From: an uncultured delta proteobacterium
GTDB taxonomy: Bacteria > Myxococcota_A > Polyangia > Polyangiales > Polyangiaceae
Assembly: GCA_963841435.1 (NCBI GenBank)
Contig: CAWJCS010000006.1
Location: 384,001-448,000, forward strand
DNA length: 64,000 nucleotides
Direction: 5' to 3'
Below are positions 24,535 through 35,750 of this stretch, piece after piece. The position numbers and the translations under genes are program-made. Positions within the stretch are counted from its first letter, which is position 1, and the number at the start of each line of letters is the position of its first letter. The notes beneath the pieces are model-generated. The model made no database searches. It saw only the letters and a list, made by a program, of their open reading frames with translations, and was not told the DNA's origin.

Positions 24535-26075
24535 ATCCTCTGATCGCGATCGCGCCGCTGCTCGTCGTCGGCGTCGGGGCTCTGCTCATGATGCTCGCCG
24601 AGGCCTTCGGGCGACCCGTCCTGGTCGAGGGCGCGACGGGCGGCGTCGTCGATGCGGGCGAGGGCCGCGCGGGTGAGCTGGCGCTCGGCGCTTCCGTGGC
24701 GCTCTTCGCGGGCGCCATCGTGAGCATCGCGCTGTGGTGGGTGGGCCCCGAGCACCTGCCGGGCGCGGCCTCGCTCGCGCCGTACCTCATCATCGATCGC
24801 TTCTCGCTGTTCTTCTCCTTCACGCTCTGCCTGGGCGGCGGGCTCGCGTCGCTGCTCGCCGGCGGCTACCTGCCGGAGCACCGGCTCGATCGCGGCGAGT
24901 TCTTCCCCCTGATTCTGCTTTCCACGGTGGGCGCGATGGCGCTCGCCGCGGCGGGCGACCTGCTCACGCTGTTCGTCGCCCTCGAGACGATGTCGCTCGG
25001 CGCTTACTCGATGATTGGCCTGCGTCGCGGCAGCCTGCGCGCGACCGAAGCCGCGCTGAAGTACTTCTTGCTCGGCAGCTTCGCCGCGGCGCTCATGCTC
25101 TTCGGCGGGGCCCTGCTCTACGGCGCGACCGGCCACACCGATCTCGCCGGCATCGGCGTCGCCGTCGCGGAGAAGGCCGCCACCGTGGGTGGCAGCGGGA
25201 CGCTCGCCCTCGCCGTCGCGGGCCTGTGCCTCATGCTCGTGGGGCTCGCCTTCAAGGTGAGCGCCGTGCCGTTCCACATGTGGACGCCGGACGCTTACGA
25301 GGGCGCGCCCACGCCCACGACGACCTTCATGGCCGTCGCCGTGAAGAGCGCCGCTTTCGCCGTGCTGCTGCGCGTCCTGCTCGTGACGTTCGACGCCCCC
25401 GAGCTCAGGAGCTGGGGCGCGGGCTGGCCGCCCGTGATCGGCACGCTCTCGCTGCTGTCGATGACCGTCGCGAACCTCGTCGCGGGGCGACAGCAGTCGG
25501 TCAAGCGCATGCTCGCGTACTCGTCGATCGCGCATGCCGGCTACGCCTTGGTGGGCGTCGTCGCCGCGGGTGAGAACCCCGCTGCGGCAGCGAGCGTCCT
25601 TTACTACCTGCTCGCCTACACGGTCTCGACCGCCGGCGCCTTCGGCGCGCTCATCCTCTGTGGCAGCCGCGGCAAAGAGGCCGTCTCGTACGCCGACCTC
25701 GCGGGCATCGGCAAGCGTCACCCGGCGGTGGCGCTCGCGCTTTCGCTGTTCCTTCTTTCCCTCATGGGCGCCCCGCCGACGGCCGGCTTCTTCGGAAAAC
25801 TGTACGTCTTTAGCGCCGCCGTCGAGGCCAAGGCTTACGTTCTGCTGATCGTGGGCCTTTTGAACAGCGCGCTCGGCGCCTATTACTATCTCCGCGTGCT
25901 CGTCTACATGTACATGCGCGAGCCCGAGCCCGGCGCGCCCGTCGCGACGCCCATGCGCTCCGGTTACGTGACCGTGGCGCTCGCGCTCGCGGCGTGTTTC
26001 GTGCTCGCGCTCGGCCTCTTGCCCGGCACGTCGCTCGACGCGGCGGCTGCGGCCGTGCTTCAAAGCAAGCCATGA
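24531..26075 (+). CDS. nuoN: NADH-quinone oxidoreductase subunit N
   Basis: EAALKYFLLGS, FKVSAVPFHMWTPDAYEGAP and KRMLAYSSIAHAGY. Confidence 0.96.
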
Positions 26076-27109
26076 TCTCCGCGCTGCTTCGCTCCTCGAC
26101 CCGGCAGACCCGGCGAGCAGCGACGCGTCGCATCGCGTGCGTCGGGGCGCTCGCTGCCTGTACCTGGTCGCTCGGCGGCTGCTCGCGCGACAAGCGTCCC
26201 GCTCCCGGGCCAGGCGCCTCGGCGTCTGCGGCCTTGGCTCCTCCGAGCGCATCGACCCCGGCCTTGCCCGCGCCCGTTGCGTCCGGGCTGCCGGACGCCG
26301 CGCTCGTGAGCAGCATCGTCAATCCCAACGCCGACGCAGCGTACGCGGGGCCGGCGGGCACGGTTCGCGGCCGCGTCGTTTCGGTCGGCGATCCCGCGCC
26401 CGAGCAGCCGGAGGTGCTTCGCACGATTCCCGACAAGTGCGCGGCCGGCAAGGCGGCGTATGGGCGACTGTTCCGCGAGGGGCCCGGGCACGGGCTCGCC
26501 GACGTGCTCGTCGCCGTCACGGGGTATCGCGGCTACGTGCCGGCGGCAGCGTCTGCTCAGCGCCTGACCGCCAAGGGCTGCTTCTTCGGCACGCGCACCC
26601 TCGCGCTCACCTACGGCCAGCGCATCGAGGTCGTGAGCGGCGACATGGAGCCGTACGTCCCCGAGTTGCTCGGCGAGCACGGCCAGCCGCAGCTCGTCGC
26701 GACGCCGGGCGGCACCGCCGTCAGCGCGCTCTACCCGACGCGCGTCGGCCGGTACCAGCTGGTCGACAACCTGAAGCTCTTCATGACGGCCGAGGTGCTC
26801 GTGCTCAAGTACGCGACGCACGCGGTCACCGACGCAGAGGGGCGCTTCGCGATTCCGAACGTGCCCGCGGGCGCCGTCATCGTGTCGGCCTTGCTGCCCG
26901 CGACGGGTGCGACGGCAACGCAATCGGTGACGGTCGAGGGCGGCAAGCCGACCGAGGAGATCGCGTTCGAGCTGCGCTTCGATGCGGCCGACTACGCGCG
27001 TCGGGGTACGGCGCAGAACGCCGGCGCCCCGGCCAGCTCGACGAGCGCCGCCGGCAAGCACCCTGCGGCCTCTGGTCGCACGGCACCGACGCCCGCGCCG
27101 AGCCGCTGA
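26072..27109 (+). CDS. Lipoprotein with carboxypeptidase-regulatory-like (transthyretin/Ig-like) domains
   Basis: ATGA overlap with the nuoN stop, lipobox LGGC, GTVRGRV...AVTDAEGRFAIPNVPAG pattern. Confidence 0.75.
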   Translation: MISALLRSSTRQTRRAATRRIACVGALAACTWSLGGCSRDKRPAPGPGASASAALAPPSASTPALPAPVASGLPDAALVSSIVNPNADAAYAGPAGTVRGRVVSVGDPAPEQPEVLRTIPDKCAAGKAAYGRLFREGPGHGLADVLVAVTGYRGYVPAAASAQRLTAKGCFFGTRTLALTYGQRIEVVSGDMEPYVPELLGEHGQPQLVATPGGTAVSALYPTRVGRYQLVDNLKLFMTAEVLVLKYATHAVTDAEGRFAIPNVPAGAVIVSALLPATGATATQSVTVEGGKPTEEIAFELRFDAADYARRGTAQNAGAPASSTSAAGKHPAASGRTAPTPAPSR

Positions 27110-27292
27110 CACGGATATCGACCGGGCGGGGGCGCGGCGCCCCGCTCACGCGCGCTCCGACGCGGACGGGTGGGACGCGACACAAACCTGGGACTGAAAG
27201 CGCGTCTCGAGCGACACCACATTGTCCCCGGGCGCTTGTCGCGAGCTTCTTGCGGCTAAGGCGCAATTTGAAAGGGTCACGGGAAGAAGAGC

Positions 27293-30128
27293 ATGCGTCG
27301 CAAAACCCTCGAGTGCGGCCGGACACCGTTTACTGCTACCTTGATCGATGTGGTGGCGTCCGTCGCGCATCAGGGTTCGGGGACACTGCTGCCGCGAGCC
27401 TGCGCGCTTCTCGTAGTAGTGCTCCTCGGCGTCGCGTGTAGCTCGAAGTCGCCCGGCGACGACGACGACACGGGCGCGCGCGGCGGCCAGGGCGGTACGA
27501 CGGCGGGCCTCGGTGGCACTTCGGGTAGCTCGGGCGCTGCCGCGGGTCTCGGCGGCGCCGGCAACGCGGGCACGGCGGGAGCCGCCGCGTGCGCCGTCGG
27601 TCAGCAGAGTTGCAGCGGCGCTTGCGTCACGACGTCCTCCGACTCCCAGCATTGCGGCACGTGCGAGAACGTCTGCCCCAGCGGCACGTCGTGTCAGGGC
27701 GGCACTTGCCAGGCGGTGTGCGGCATGGGTCAGGCCGCGTGTGGGGGCGCCTGCAAGACCATCGTGAGCGACCCGCAGAACTGCGGCGCTTGCGCTAGCG
27801 CCTGCGCCGCGGGACAGGTGTGCGCGCTCGGCGCGTGCGCGGCCGACTGCGGCGCGCTCCAACCTTGCGACGGTGCCTCCGGAACCGAATGCGCCGACGT
27901 GATGACCAATCCGAGTCATTGCGGCGGTTGCAACGCTCGGTGCGGTCCGGGTCTCTCGTGCGTCGGCGGGTTCTGCGTGCTCGATAACTGCCCCGCGGGG
28001 CAGAGCGCCTGCGGCGGAGCGTGCGTCAACTTGACCGCCAGCGCCACGAGCTGTGGCACGTGCGGCAATGCTTGCCCCGCGGGTACACCGTGCATCCAAG
28101 GGTTCTGCGGCTGCCCGGCAGGGCAGACGCTCTGTGCGGGCGCTTGCGTCGACACGCTGTCGAGCGCTGCGAACTGCGGCGCGTGCGGAGCGGCGTGCCC
28201 TGTGGGCCAGGTGTGCCAGACCGGGCAGTGCCAGACGGGCTGCTCCGGCGGCCTGACGCTTTGCAGCGGCAGTTGCGTTGACACCCAGGCTTCCACGGCG
28301 AATTGCGGCACGTGCGGCATGGCCTGCCCCGCGGCGCAAAACTGCGTCGGCGGCACGTGCCAGTGCCCGAATGGCGGCACGCTGTGCGGCGGCACGTGCG
28401 TCAACGCGATGACGGACTCGATGCACTGCGGCACGTGCGAGACCACGTGCTCGACGGAGCAGCGCTGCATCTCCGGCATGTGCTCGTGCCCGATGGGCCT
28501 CACGGCGTGCAACGCCGCCTGCGTCGATACGCAGACGAGCGTCGACAATTGCGGCGGCTGCATGCAGCCCTGCACGGGCGGGGCCACCTGCTTGGCTGGC
28601 GCGTGCCAGTGCCCCACCGGGCAGGTCGCCTGCGCCGGAGCGTGCGTCGATGTCGCCATGAGCGACACCAACTGCGGCGCCTGCGGGATGGCCTGCGCCA
28701 CCGGCCAGGCTTGCCTGGGAGGCACGTGTACCGGCGCGGGCGGCGTCGGGGCCGACGGCTGCACGGGCGGCCTCGCCCACAACCTCACCGTGAGCCACAT
28801 CGACGCGTTCCAGACCGTCCGAGTCGGCATCATGGATAACGGCTCCGAGATTGCCGTGGCAGCCCGCAACACCGACGTCGTGGCCGGGCGCGACACGCTG
28901 TTCCGCGTGTTCGTGAAGCCGGGGTCGGGCTTCACGGCGCGCCAGATCTCGGCGCGGGTCACCGTCGTGAACGACTCGACGAGCGACGAGTACTACGCGA
29001 AAAAGACCGTGAGCGGTGCGAGCTCCGAGAGCGACACCGCGAGCACGTTCCAGGTCACGGTGCCAAAGGACAAGATCGCCGCCGCGACGCAATACCACGT
29101 CGAGCTCGTGGAGTGCGGCACCGTCCCGATGGACGCGGTGACCTCGCCGCGCTTCCCCCTGAGCGGCGAAGCAAATCTCGGTGTGCGCAGCACGGGCGGC
29201 CTGAAGGTGCGCGTCGTGCCGATCCTCTGCAACACGCGCACACCCGACACGAGCGAAGCGGGGCTCGCCCCTTACCAGGCGCTGCTCGAGGCCATGTACC
29301 CGATCACCGGCGCCGAGCTCTCCGTCGCCACGCAGATCTCGGCAAACTACCCCGTGGACTGGAACTCGACGCTCGACGCAGTGCGCGCCAAACGCCAGCA
29401 GGACGCACCCGCCGCCGACATTTATTACTACGGCATGCTCATGCCCAACGACACGTTCCAGCAGTTTTGCGGCAACGGCTGCACGGCGGGCATCGGCTTC
29501 GTCACCTCGCAGAGCGACGCGTCGCGCCGCGTCGCCATGGGGATCGGTTTCCCTGGCAGCCAGTTCGACGGGCACGATGGCCCACGAGGTCGGACACAAC
29601 CACGGGCGCAACCACGCCCCCTGCGTGCCGCAGGGTGGCTCGATCAGCGGCGTCGACAACAATTACCCGTACTCCGGCGGCAACATCGGCGTGTGGGGTT
29701 ACGATCCGAGCAAGCAGTCGCTCATCAACCCCAACGGTGTCACCGACATCATGGGGTACTGCAATACCAAGTGGATCAGCGACTACACGTACGACGGTCT
29801 CGTCAATCGCGTCGCGGCCGTCAACGGCGCGATGGATGCGTACGTGAACCCCGACGTGCTCGATCGCTTTCGCGTGCTCTTGCTCGACGCGTTCGGGCCG
29901 CGCTGGGGCATTCCCATCGACGAGCTCGTGCCGCCGGCGGGCACCGCCGAGGTGGCGGAAATGCTCGACGCCGGCGACAACACGCTCGAATACGCGCTCG
30001 TCTACCGGACGGAGGTCTCGGAAATCGACGCGTACTCCATCATGGTACCCGAGCCGCGCCGCGGCTGGGTTTCGGTGCGGCTCGCGGGCGAAAAGCCCCT
30101 GAAATTCGCGTCCGCCGCGCACCCGTGA
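27293..30128 (+). CDS. Lipoprotein: nine Cys-rich (MXAN_6577-like) repeats + metzincin-type metallopeptidase (M66-like); one +1 frameshift near 29570
   Basis: Lipobox GVAC. Removing one G at 29570-29572 joins GIGFPGSQFD to GTMAHEVGHNHGRNH (HExxHxxGxxH). Met-turn DIMGY follows. True start may be about 60 nt downstream. Confidence 0.82.
27590..28732 (+). repeat. Nine tandem 8-Cys repeats of about 41-47 aa (C..G...C.G.CV......CG.C...C.....C..G.C)
   Basis: Counted directly in the translation. Confidence 0.85.
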
Positions 30129-30132
30129 GGCC

Positions 30133-30149
30133 CGCCCGGGGGCCGGGCG
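30133..30149. terminator. Hairpin between convergent genes
   Basis: CGCCCGG-GGG-CCGGGCG, no U-tract. Confidence 0.4.
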
Positions 30150-30150
30150 A

Positions 30151-31284
30151 TCAACGTATCGTTGACCCGCTGACGCTGATCGGCGTGTCGTCGTGGGCGG
30201 AGATCTGCGGGTACTTCGGGTACCAGCTGCCGCCGACATTGTTCTCGATGACCGAATCCTGGATGACCACGTTGCCGCTGTGGTCGTTGCTCACGAAGAA
30301 GATGGCGCTTCCGAAGGCGTTGACCTCGTTGTGCTCGAGGCGGGAGCCGCAGACCGACAGCGTCATCGTGTTGCCATCGTTGTAGATGGCGCCGCCCGAC
30401 CCGCCTCCCGTCGTGCCGCTCGAGGCCGGGTTGCCGCCGTTTCCGACGGCATGGTTGTACGAGAACAGGCTGTTGATGATCGTCCACGAGACGCCGATGC
30501 TGCTGATGCCCCCACCGTTCGAGCAGCGACCGCCGAGCTCATCGCTGCCGCCGAAGGTGCTGTTGACGACGTACACGGGTTGACCCTGATACTGGCTGAA
30601 GACGCGCACGGCAGCGCCACCGAGGTCGGGCCCCGTGTCGGCGCAGACGTTGTTGAAGAACCGCGTGTTGACCAGCTTGAAGCGGCCGCCGCGTACCCAG
30701 ATCGCGCCGCCGCCGTCGTACTCGGTCTCGCTCTTGGAGCTCGCGTCTAGGAACGTGAGATTTTGGACCGTGAGCTCCGGGGTTGCCTGGTCCTGGCAGT
30801 GGCTCGTCGTGAAGTGCTGCGTCTCGTCGCAGGTGTTCATGTAGAGGATGCGGTGGTTGCCGGCGCCGCTCAGCGTCACCTTGCCGGCGCCGTCGATGAC
30901 GACCTTCTCGCTCGCGTCGTTGAAGATCTTGGCCGTGCGGTCCAGGGTGATGACCACGGGATCGGCGCCGCAATCGAACGTGATGACGCCGCCCGCCGCG
31001 ACGGCGCTCACGAAGGCGTCCGAGGTGCAGCTCGCGGGCGTGCCGTCGCCGACCACGTGGTCGGGCGTGGAGGAGTCCTCGAGGCCGGCTGGCAGAGGGA
31101 TGGGACAGGCGCCCTCCGCGTTGCCGGCGGGAGGCCCGTCGTTCGGGTTGGTGAGTGGATTGTCGACCTCGACGTTGCCCACGGGGGCCGGGGAGGGGTC
31201 CTCGCCACCACACCCAAAGAGGGCGAGCGCCGCCACCCCGACGCCGAGCCTCGATGCACCTGAGCTTTGCCTGATTCCGCCCAT
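30151..31284 (-). CDS. Lipoprotein with right-handed beta-helix (polymorphic membrane protein/pectin-lyase-like GGAI repeats)
   Basis: Lipobox LFGC, GGGAIW, GGAAV, GGGIS and GGAIY repeats alternating with F.NN motifs. Confidence 0.8.
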   Translation of the reverse strand: MGGIRQSSGASRLGVGVAALALFGCGGEDPSPAPVGNVEVDNPLTNPNDGPPAGNAEGACPIPLPAGLEDSSTPDHVVGDGTPASCTSDAFVSAVAAGGVITFDCGADPVVITLDRTAKIFNDASEKVVIDGAGKVTLSGAGNHRILYMNTCDETQHFTTSHCQDQATPELTVQNLTFLDASSKSETEYDGGGAIWVRGGRFKLVNTRFFNNVCADTGPDLGGAAVRVFSQYQGQPVYVVNSTFGGSDELGGRCSNGGGISSIGVSWTIINSLFSYNHAVGNGGNPASSGTTGGGSGGAIYNDGNTMTLSVCGSRLEHNEVNAFGSAIFFVSNDHSGNVVIQDSVIENNVGGSWYPKYPQISAHDDTPISVSGSTIR

Positions 31285-31358
31285 GAAAGCCTTTTACCAC
31301 CTTCCGGGCTCGGCCGGCTCTGGGTGATGGGGAGGCAATTGGCACGCGGTGCGCGCGG

Positions 31359-31380
31359 CGGGGCGACCCGAGTCGCCCCG
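31359..31380 (-). terminator. Probable terminator hairpin downstream of galK
   Basis: Perfect 9-bp stem CGGGGCGAC/GTCGCCCCG with a 4-nt loop, 8 nt past the stop codon. Confidence 0.5.
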
Positions 31381-31388
31381 GGTCGAAA

Positions 31389-32573
31389 TCAGGCGAGGGC
31401 CGTGCTCTCGACGCGGACGCCGTCGCCGGCCTCCGTGACGATGATGAGCGGCTCGTTGCCGAAGCGGGCCGCGAAGCCCGCGCGCAGCGTGGCGGCGACG
31501 CGCGAAACCTTCTCGGTTTTGACGAGCGCGATCACCGAGCCTCCGAAGCCGCCGCCCGTCATGCGGGCGCCGAGCACGCCGTCCTCGCGGCGTGCGGCGT
31601 CTGCGACGTAGTCGAGCTCGGGGCAGCTCACCTCGTAGTCGTCGCGCAGCGAAGCATGCGAGCCGTTCATCAAGCGTCCGAGCCCGGGAAGATGCGAGTG
31701 CCGGAGCGCGTCGACGGCGGCGCTCGTGCGCGCATTTTCGCGAACCACGTGACGCACGCGCTTAGCGAGGGTCTCCGGTAGCACCGAGAGGGCGCGCTCG
31801 AGGTCGTTGACGCCCACGTCGCGTAGGCTTTCGATGGCGTGGCCCGCGCGCTGCAGCAGCTCGACGGCCTCCTGGCATTCGGCGCGACGGCGATTGTAGC
31901 CCGAACCGGCGTGCGCGTGGCGCACCTGTGTGTCGAAGCACACGATTTTCGCGCCAAGGTCCGGGATCTTGACCTCGGTCACGTCGAGCGAGCGGCAGTC
32001 GATGAGCAAGGCGTGCCCGGCCTTGCCGAGCGCGCCCACGAGCTGGTCCATCACACCGCAGCGTACGCCCACGTACTCGTTTTCGGCGGCGTGAGCCGCG
32101 AGCGCGAGGTCCTTGGGCGCCATCGCGTGGCCCGAAAGCGAGCAGAGCGCCATTCCGACGGCGAGCTCGAGCGCCGCCGACGAGGAGAGGCCCGCGCCCG
32201 GCGGTACCTCCGAGCTCACCATCAGATCAGCGCCGCCGACGGGGATGCCGCGTGCCACGAGCGCGCGTGCCGTTCCCTCGACGTAGTCGAGCCATTTTCC
32301 GCGGCGGGCGGGGGCGTCGTCGAGCGAGAACTGCCGCTCCTTGCGCAGCGCCTGCGAGTACGCGCGAATCACTCGATCGCTGCGCGGCGCCGCGGCGATG
32401 CGCGTGCGCTCGCGGATCGCGATGGGAAGCACGAAGCCGAGGTTGTAGTCGGTGTGCTCACCGACGAGGTTCACGCGACCCGGAGCCGAAAAGAGCCGCG
32501 GGCTCTTGCCATAGCGCTGTGTGAACGCTTGGCTGAGGGCATTGAGCCTTGCCTGCCCGCTCGGTTCGCTCAA
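31389..32573 (-). CDS. galK: Galactokinase
   Basis: APGRVNLVGEHTDYN, GAGLSSSAALE, CGVMDQ and GARMTGGGFGGS. TTG start is 7 nt after TACGAT. Confidence 0.95.
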   Translation of the reverse strand: MSEPSGQARLNALSQAFTQRYGKSPRLFSAPGRVNLVGEHTDYNLGFVLPIAIRERTRIAAAPRSDRVIRAYSQALRKERQFSLDDAPARRGKWLDYVEGTARALVARGIPVGGADLMVSSEVPPGAGLSSSAALELAVGMALCSLSGHAMAPKDLALAAHAAENEYVGVRCGVMDQLVGALGKAGHALLIDCRSLDVTEVKIPDLGAKIVCFDTQVRHAHAGSGYNRRRAECQEAVELLQRAGHAIESLRDVGVNDLERALSVLPETLAKRVRHVVRENARTSAAVDALRHSHLPGLGRLMNGSHASLRDDYEVSCPELDYVADAARREDGVLGARMTGGGFGGSVIALVKTEKVSRVAATLRAGFAARFGNEPLIIVTEAGDGVRVESTALA

Positions 32574-32602
32574 GTTGGCGATCGTAGCCGAGAACCAGCT
32601 GC

Positions 32603-33586
32603 TCAGCGAGTCGAGCCCGACGGCGCGGGCGCAAAGGCCCCTGCGGCTTCGCTTCCGACGCGGCGGGCGAGCAGCGCCGTGAGGAGCGAAAGAGCGCCCC
32701 GCGAGGGCGGCGACGGTGCGTCGTCGAGCATCGGCAAGAGCTCCGTGTAGCTCTGCTCGTCGCCCAATAGATCCGCGGCGCACAGGCCCGCGACCCACGC
32801 GTCGGCGTCGTTCGGATCGGCGCGTAGCGTGGCGCGCGCCTCGGCGAGCGCGAGCTTCGGCGCGCGCGGCAGCGCGTAGAGCGCGAGCGCGGCGCCGTGG
32901 AGGTGCCGCGCGATCCCCGCGTGGCGCATGGCGTCCAGGTCGCCGCTTTCGAGCGCTTGGTCGAGGTCCCGAGCGCCCGGATCGTCGAGCGCGTCGAGCG
33001 CGTGGCGCGCCCGCTTTTCGCGCTGCTCGTCGCGGTGCGCCCGCGCGGAGCGGAGCAGCAGGCGCCAGGCGTCGCGCGAGGAAGGTTCGAACGCGATGCG
33101 CGCTTCGAGCCAGAGCCAGGCCTCGGCGCCGCGACCGCTCTCGAACAACAGGCTTGCCATGGTCTCCGTGGTCGCGAGGTTCAGCGGGTCGAGGCGCGCG
33201 GCTCGCTCGGCCGCCGCCAGCGCCTCGCGGGCACGACCGAGCGCCGCGAGGCAGCGCGCCCTACCGAGATAGGCCGGCGCGAAGCGCGGATCACGCTTCA
33301 GCGCGTCGTCGAAGGCGAACAGCCCGCTCGCGTCGCGGGCCGCGGTGCGGCCCCCGCCGCAGGTAAGCTCGCCGAGGCGCGTGAGAATTTCCGGGCTCGC
33401 CGGATCGGCGTCGAGAGCGCGGCGCAGCTCCGCGACGGCAGCGCCGTGATTGCCGGCGCGCGCGAGCAGGTCCGCCTTGACGTACGACGCGTAGGCGCCG
33501 GGTGCGATGGCACGCCCCTCGAAGCTCTCGCCGTCGACGACGCGCTCGACGTGCGCGCCCGTGCACGCCGTCGCCACGAGCAGCAA
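32603..33586 (-). CDS. TPR-repeat lipoprotein (start uncertain)
   Basis: Lipobox-like ATAC, TPR patterns (RALDADP, ALKRDPRFAPAYLGRA, AARLDP). Directly follows hisC. Confidence 0.7.
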   Translation of the reverse strand: MLLVATACTGAHVERVVDGESFEGRAIAPGAYASYVKADLLARAGNHGAAVAELRRALDADPASPEILTRLGELTCGGGRTAARDASGLFAFDDALKRDPRFAPAYLGRARCLAALGRAREALAAAERAARLDPLNLATTETMASLLFESGRGAEAWLWLEARIAFEPSSRDAWRLLLRSARAHRDEQREKRARHALDALDDPGARDLDQALESGDLDAMRHAGIARHLHGAALALYALPRAPKLALAEARATLRADPNDADAWVAGLCAADLLGDEQSYTELLPMLDDAPSPPSRGALSLLTALLARRVGSEAAGAFAPAPSGSTR

Positions 33587-33624
33587 AAAGGCCGCCGCCG
33601 CACGAGCCTGGGCCGGCCTCGTGC

Positions 33625-34707
33625 TCAGAGGATCTCGCGGAGACACTTCAAGAGCTCGTCGTTTTGCGCGGGCGTGCCGATCGTCGTGCGGAGCTGCTCC
33701 TTGAGACGGCCACCGCTCCCGTGGAAGCTTCGCACGAGCACCCCGCGCTTGCGCAGCTCCTCGAAGACCTCGGAGGCGGGTCGTGGCGTCTTCAGCCACA
33801 AGAAATTCGCCTGGCTCGGGGTCACCACGGCGCCGAGCGCATCGAGCGCCTCGGCGACACGTGCGCGCTCCCGCTTGACGGTCGCGACGACGTTGCCCAC
33901 CTCGTCCCAGAGCTCTCGGAGCACGGTCGTGGCGAGCACCTGCGACGGCGTGCCGAGGTTGTAGGGGAGCCGCATCTTGTCGAGCTCGGCGACGAGCTTG
34001 CGATGCCCCACGAGCCATCCCACGCGCAGCGCCGCGAAGCCCACCTTGGAGAGCGTGCGCAGGACGACCACGTTCTCGTGCCGGCGATACAGGTCGAGCG
34101 CGCTCTTCTCGGCGTAGTCCACGTACGCTTCGTCGAGCACGAACAGCGAGCCAGGCGCAGCCTCGACGAGCCGCTCGAGGCGTTCGGCGGGCACGACGGT
34201 CCCCGTGGGATTGTTCGGGCTCGCGATGAACACGACGTGCGGCGGCGTGAACTCGAGCGCGCGTCGCATGGGCTCCTCGGCGAGCTCCCAGTTGGCGTCG
34301 AGCGGCACCTCGATGACGCGCTGACCGCGTAGGCGCGCCGTCATGCGATACATCACGAAGCTCGGCGTCACGGTGAGCACGGTCGGCGGATCCGAGCTCT
34401 TCGAGGTCCGGGAGACGGCGCTCACGATGAGGGCGATGACCTCGTCGCTGCCGACGCCGACCAGAACCTCCTCCGGCGCGACCTCGAGCCGAGCGGCGAC
34501 GGCCGCGCGCAGCTCCGTTGCCGTTGCGTCGGGGTAGCGCTCGAAAGCAATCTCGGCAAAGGCCCGGCCGAACAGCTCGCGGACGCGCTGCGAGAACAGC
34601 CCAGGCGCCTCGTTGGCGTCCAGGCGCACGGCGTAGGAGCCGGAGTCCGGCTGGTACGACTTGAAATCGGCGAGCTCGGGCCGGAGCAGGGAGAGCGGAC
34701 CGGACAT
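33625..34707 (-). CDS. hisC: Histidinol-phosphate aminotransferase
   Basis: LDANE, RYPD, GSDEVI, SPNNPTG, DEAY and RTLSK..FAALRVG. Confidence 0.92.
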   Translation of the reverse strand: MSGPLSLLRPELADFKSYQPDSGSYAVRLDANEAPGLFSQRVRELFGRAFAEIAFERYPDATATELRAAVAARLEVAPEEVLVGVGSDEVIALIVSAVSRTSKSSDPPTVLTVTPSFVMYRMTARLRGQRVIEVPLDANWELAEEPMRRALEFTPPHVVFIASPNNPTGTVVPAERLERLVEAAPGSLFVLDEAYVDYAEKSALDLYRRHENVVVLRTLSKVGFAALRVGWLVGHRKLVAELDKMRLPYNLGTPSQVLATTVLRELWDEVGNVVATVKRERARVAEALDALGAVVTPSQANFLWLKTPRPASEVFEELRKRGVLVRSFHGSGGRLKEQLRTTIGTPAQNDELLKCLREIL

Positions 34708-34775
34708 CAGGGTTTTGAAGTATCAGAGCGGGCCTTGGGACGCACGCGGGCGGGCGTGGTAGCTCGGCGGGCGCC

Positions 34776-35750
34776 GTGCCGTTCTCGGATGTCCTCGCTC
34801 AGGAGCCGGCCGTGGCCACGCTCAAACGTGCCCTCGCGACGGGCCGGGTGCACCACGCCTACCGCTTCCAGGGGCCGCCCGGCGTCGGCAAGGAGCTCAC
34901 GGCGCTCGCGCTCGCCCAGGCGCTGCTTTGCGAGCGAGGGGGCGAGGACGGGTGCGGCTCGTGCAGCGCCTGCCACCGCGCGGTCACCTTCACCGACGAC
35001 GAGCCGCGTGTGCCCCTGCACCCCGACGTCGTTCTCCTCGGCAAGGGGCTCTACCGCTCGGTGCTCGGCAGCGGGTCGGCCGAGACGAGCGGCATCGGCA
35101 TCGAGCAGGTGCGAAGGCTCGTGCTCGAGCGCGTGAGCTACGGCTCGCACGAGGGGCGCGCGCTCGTGTTCCTCGTGCGCGACGCCGACGAGATCACGCC
35201 CCAGGCCGCCAACGCGCTGCTCAAGACCCTCGAGGAGCCCCAGGGGCGCACCCATTTCGTGCTGCTCACGGCCCGCCCCAACCGCCTGCTCGACACCATC
35301 GCGTCACGCACGCTCGCGGTCCGCTTCGCGCCGCTGCCAGACGACGTCGTCGCTACGATCCTCGGCAAACACGGGCTCGACCCGGCGGTGGCACCGCTCG
35401 CACAGGGCAGCGCTTCGCTCGCGATTGAGCTCGCGGACCCCGACGCCAAGCGCGAGCGCGAGGAGTTCTCGAACGCCGCGCTCGCCGCCGTCTCGGCGAG
35501 CGACCTCACGCTGGCCGTCAAGCTCGCGGAGAGCCAGAAGAAGGATCGCGAGGGCTTGCGCGCCATGCTCGCTTTTTTCTCACAGGAGCTGGCGCGCGAG
35601 GCGCGGCAGAAGATCGCCGACGACCCGGCGCTCGCCGAGCGGCGCGCCTACGAGCACGGGGCGGTGCTCTCAACGCTGACCGCGCTCGAACGCAACGTGC
35701 AGCCCGCGCTGGCGCTCGAGGCCATGATCGTCAGGCTCCGAGGGCGCTGA
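34776..35750 (+). CDS. holB: DNA polymerase III subunit delta'
   Basis: HHAYRFQGPPGVGK, CGSCSAC, HPDV and AANALLKTLEEP. Confidence 0.9.
   Translation: MPFSDVLAQEPAVATLKRALATGRVHHAYRFQGPPGVGKELTALALAQALLCERGGEDGCGSCSACHRAVTFTDDEPRVPLHPDVVLLGKGLYRSVLGSGSAETSGIGIEQVRRLVLERVSYGSHEGRALVFLVRDADEITPQAANALLKTLEEPQGRTHFVLLTARPNRLLDTIASRTLAVRFAPLPDDVVATILGKHGLDPAVAPLAQGSASLAIELADPDAKREREEFSNAALAAVSASDLTLAVKLAESQKKDREGLRAMLAFFSQELAREARQKIADDPALAERRAYEHGAVLSTLTALERNVQPALALEAMIVRLRGR

Noticed and set aside
27590-28732. CRISPR array or multiheme cytochrome
   Set aside because: The repeats are degenerate, in-frame protein repeats with no constant DNA repeat/spacer structure, and CxxC is not followed by His.
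31340-31354. Sigma54-like TGGCACG-N4-GCGC
   Set aside because: Poor -12 element, and it points antisense into the galK 3' end with no gene to drive.
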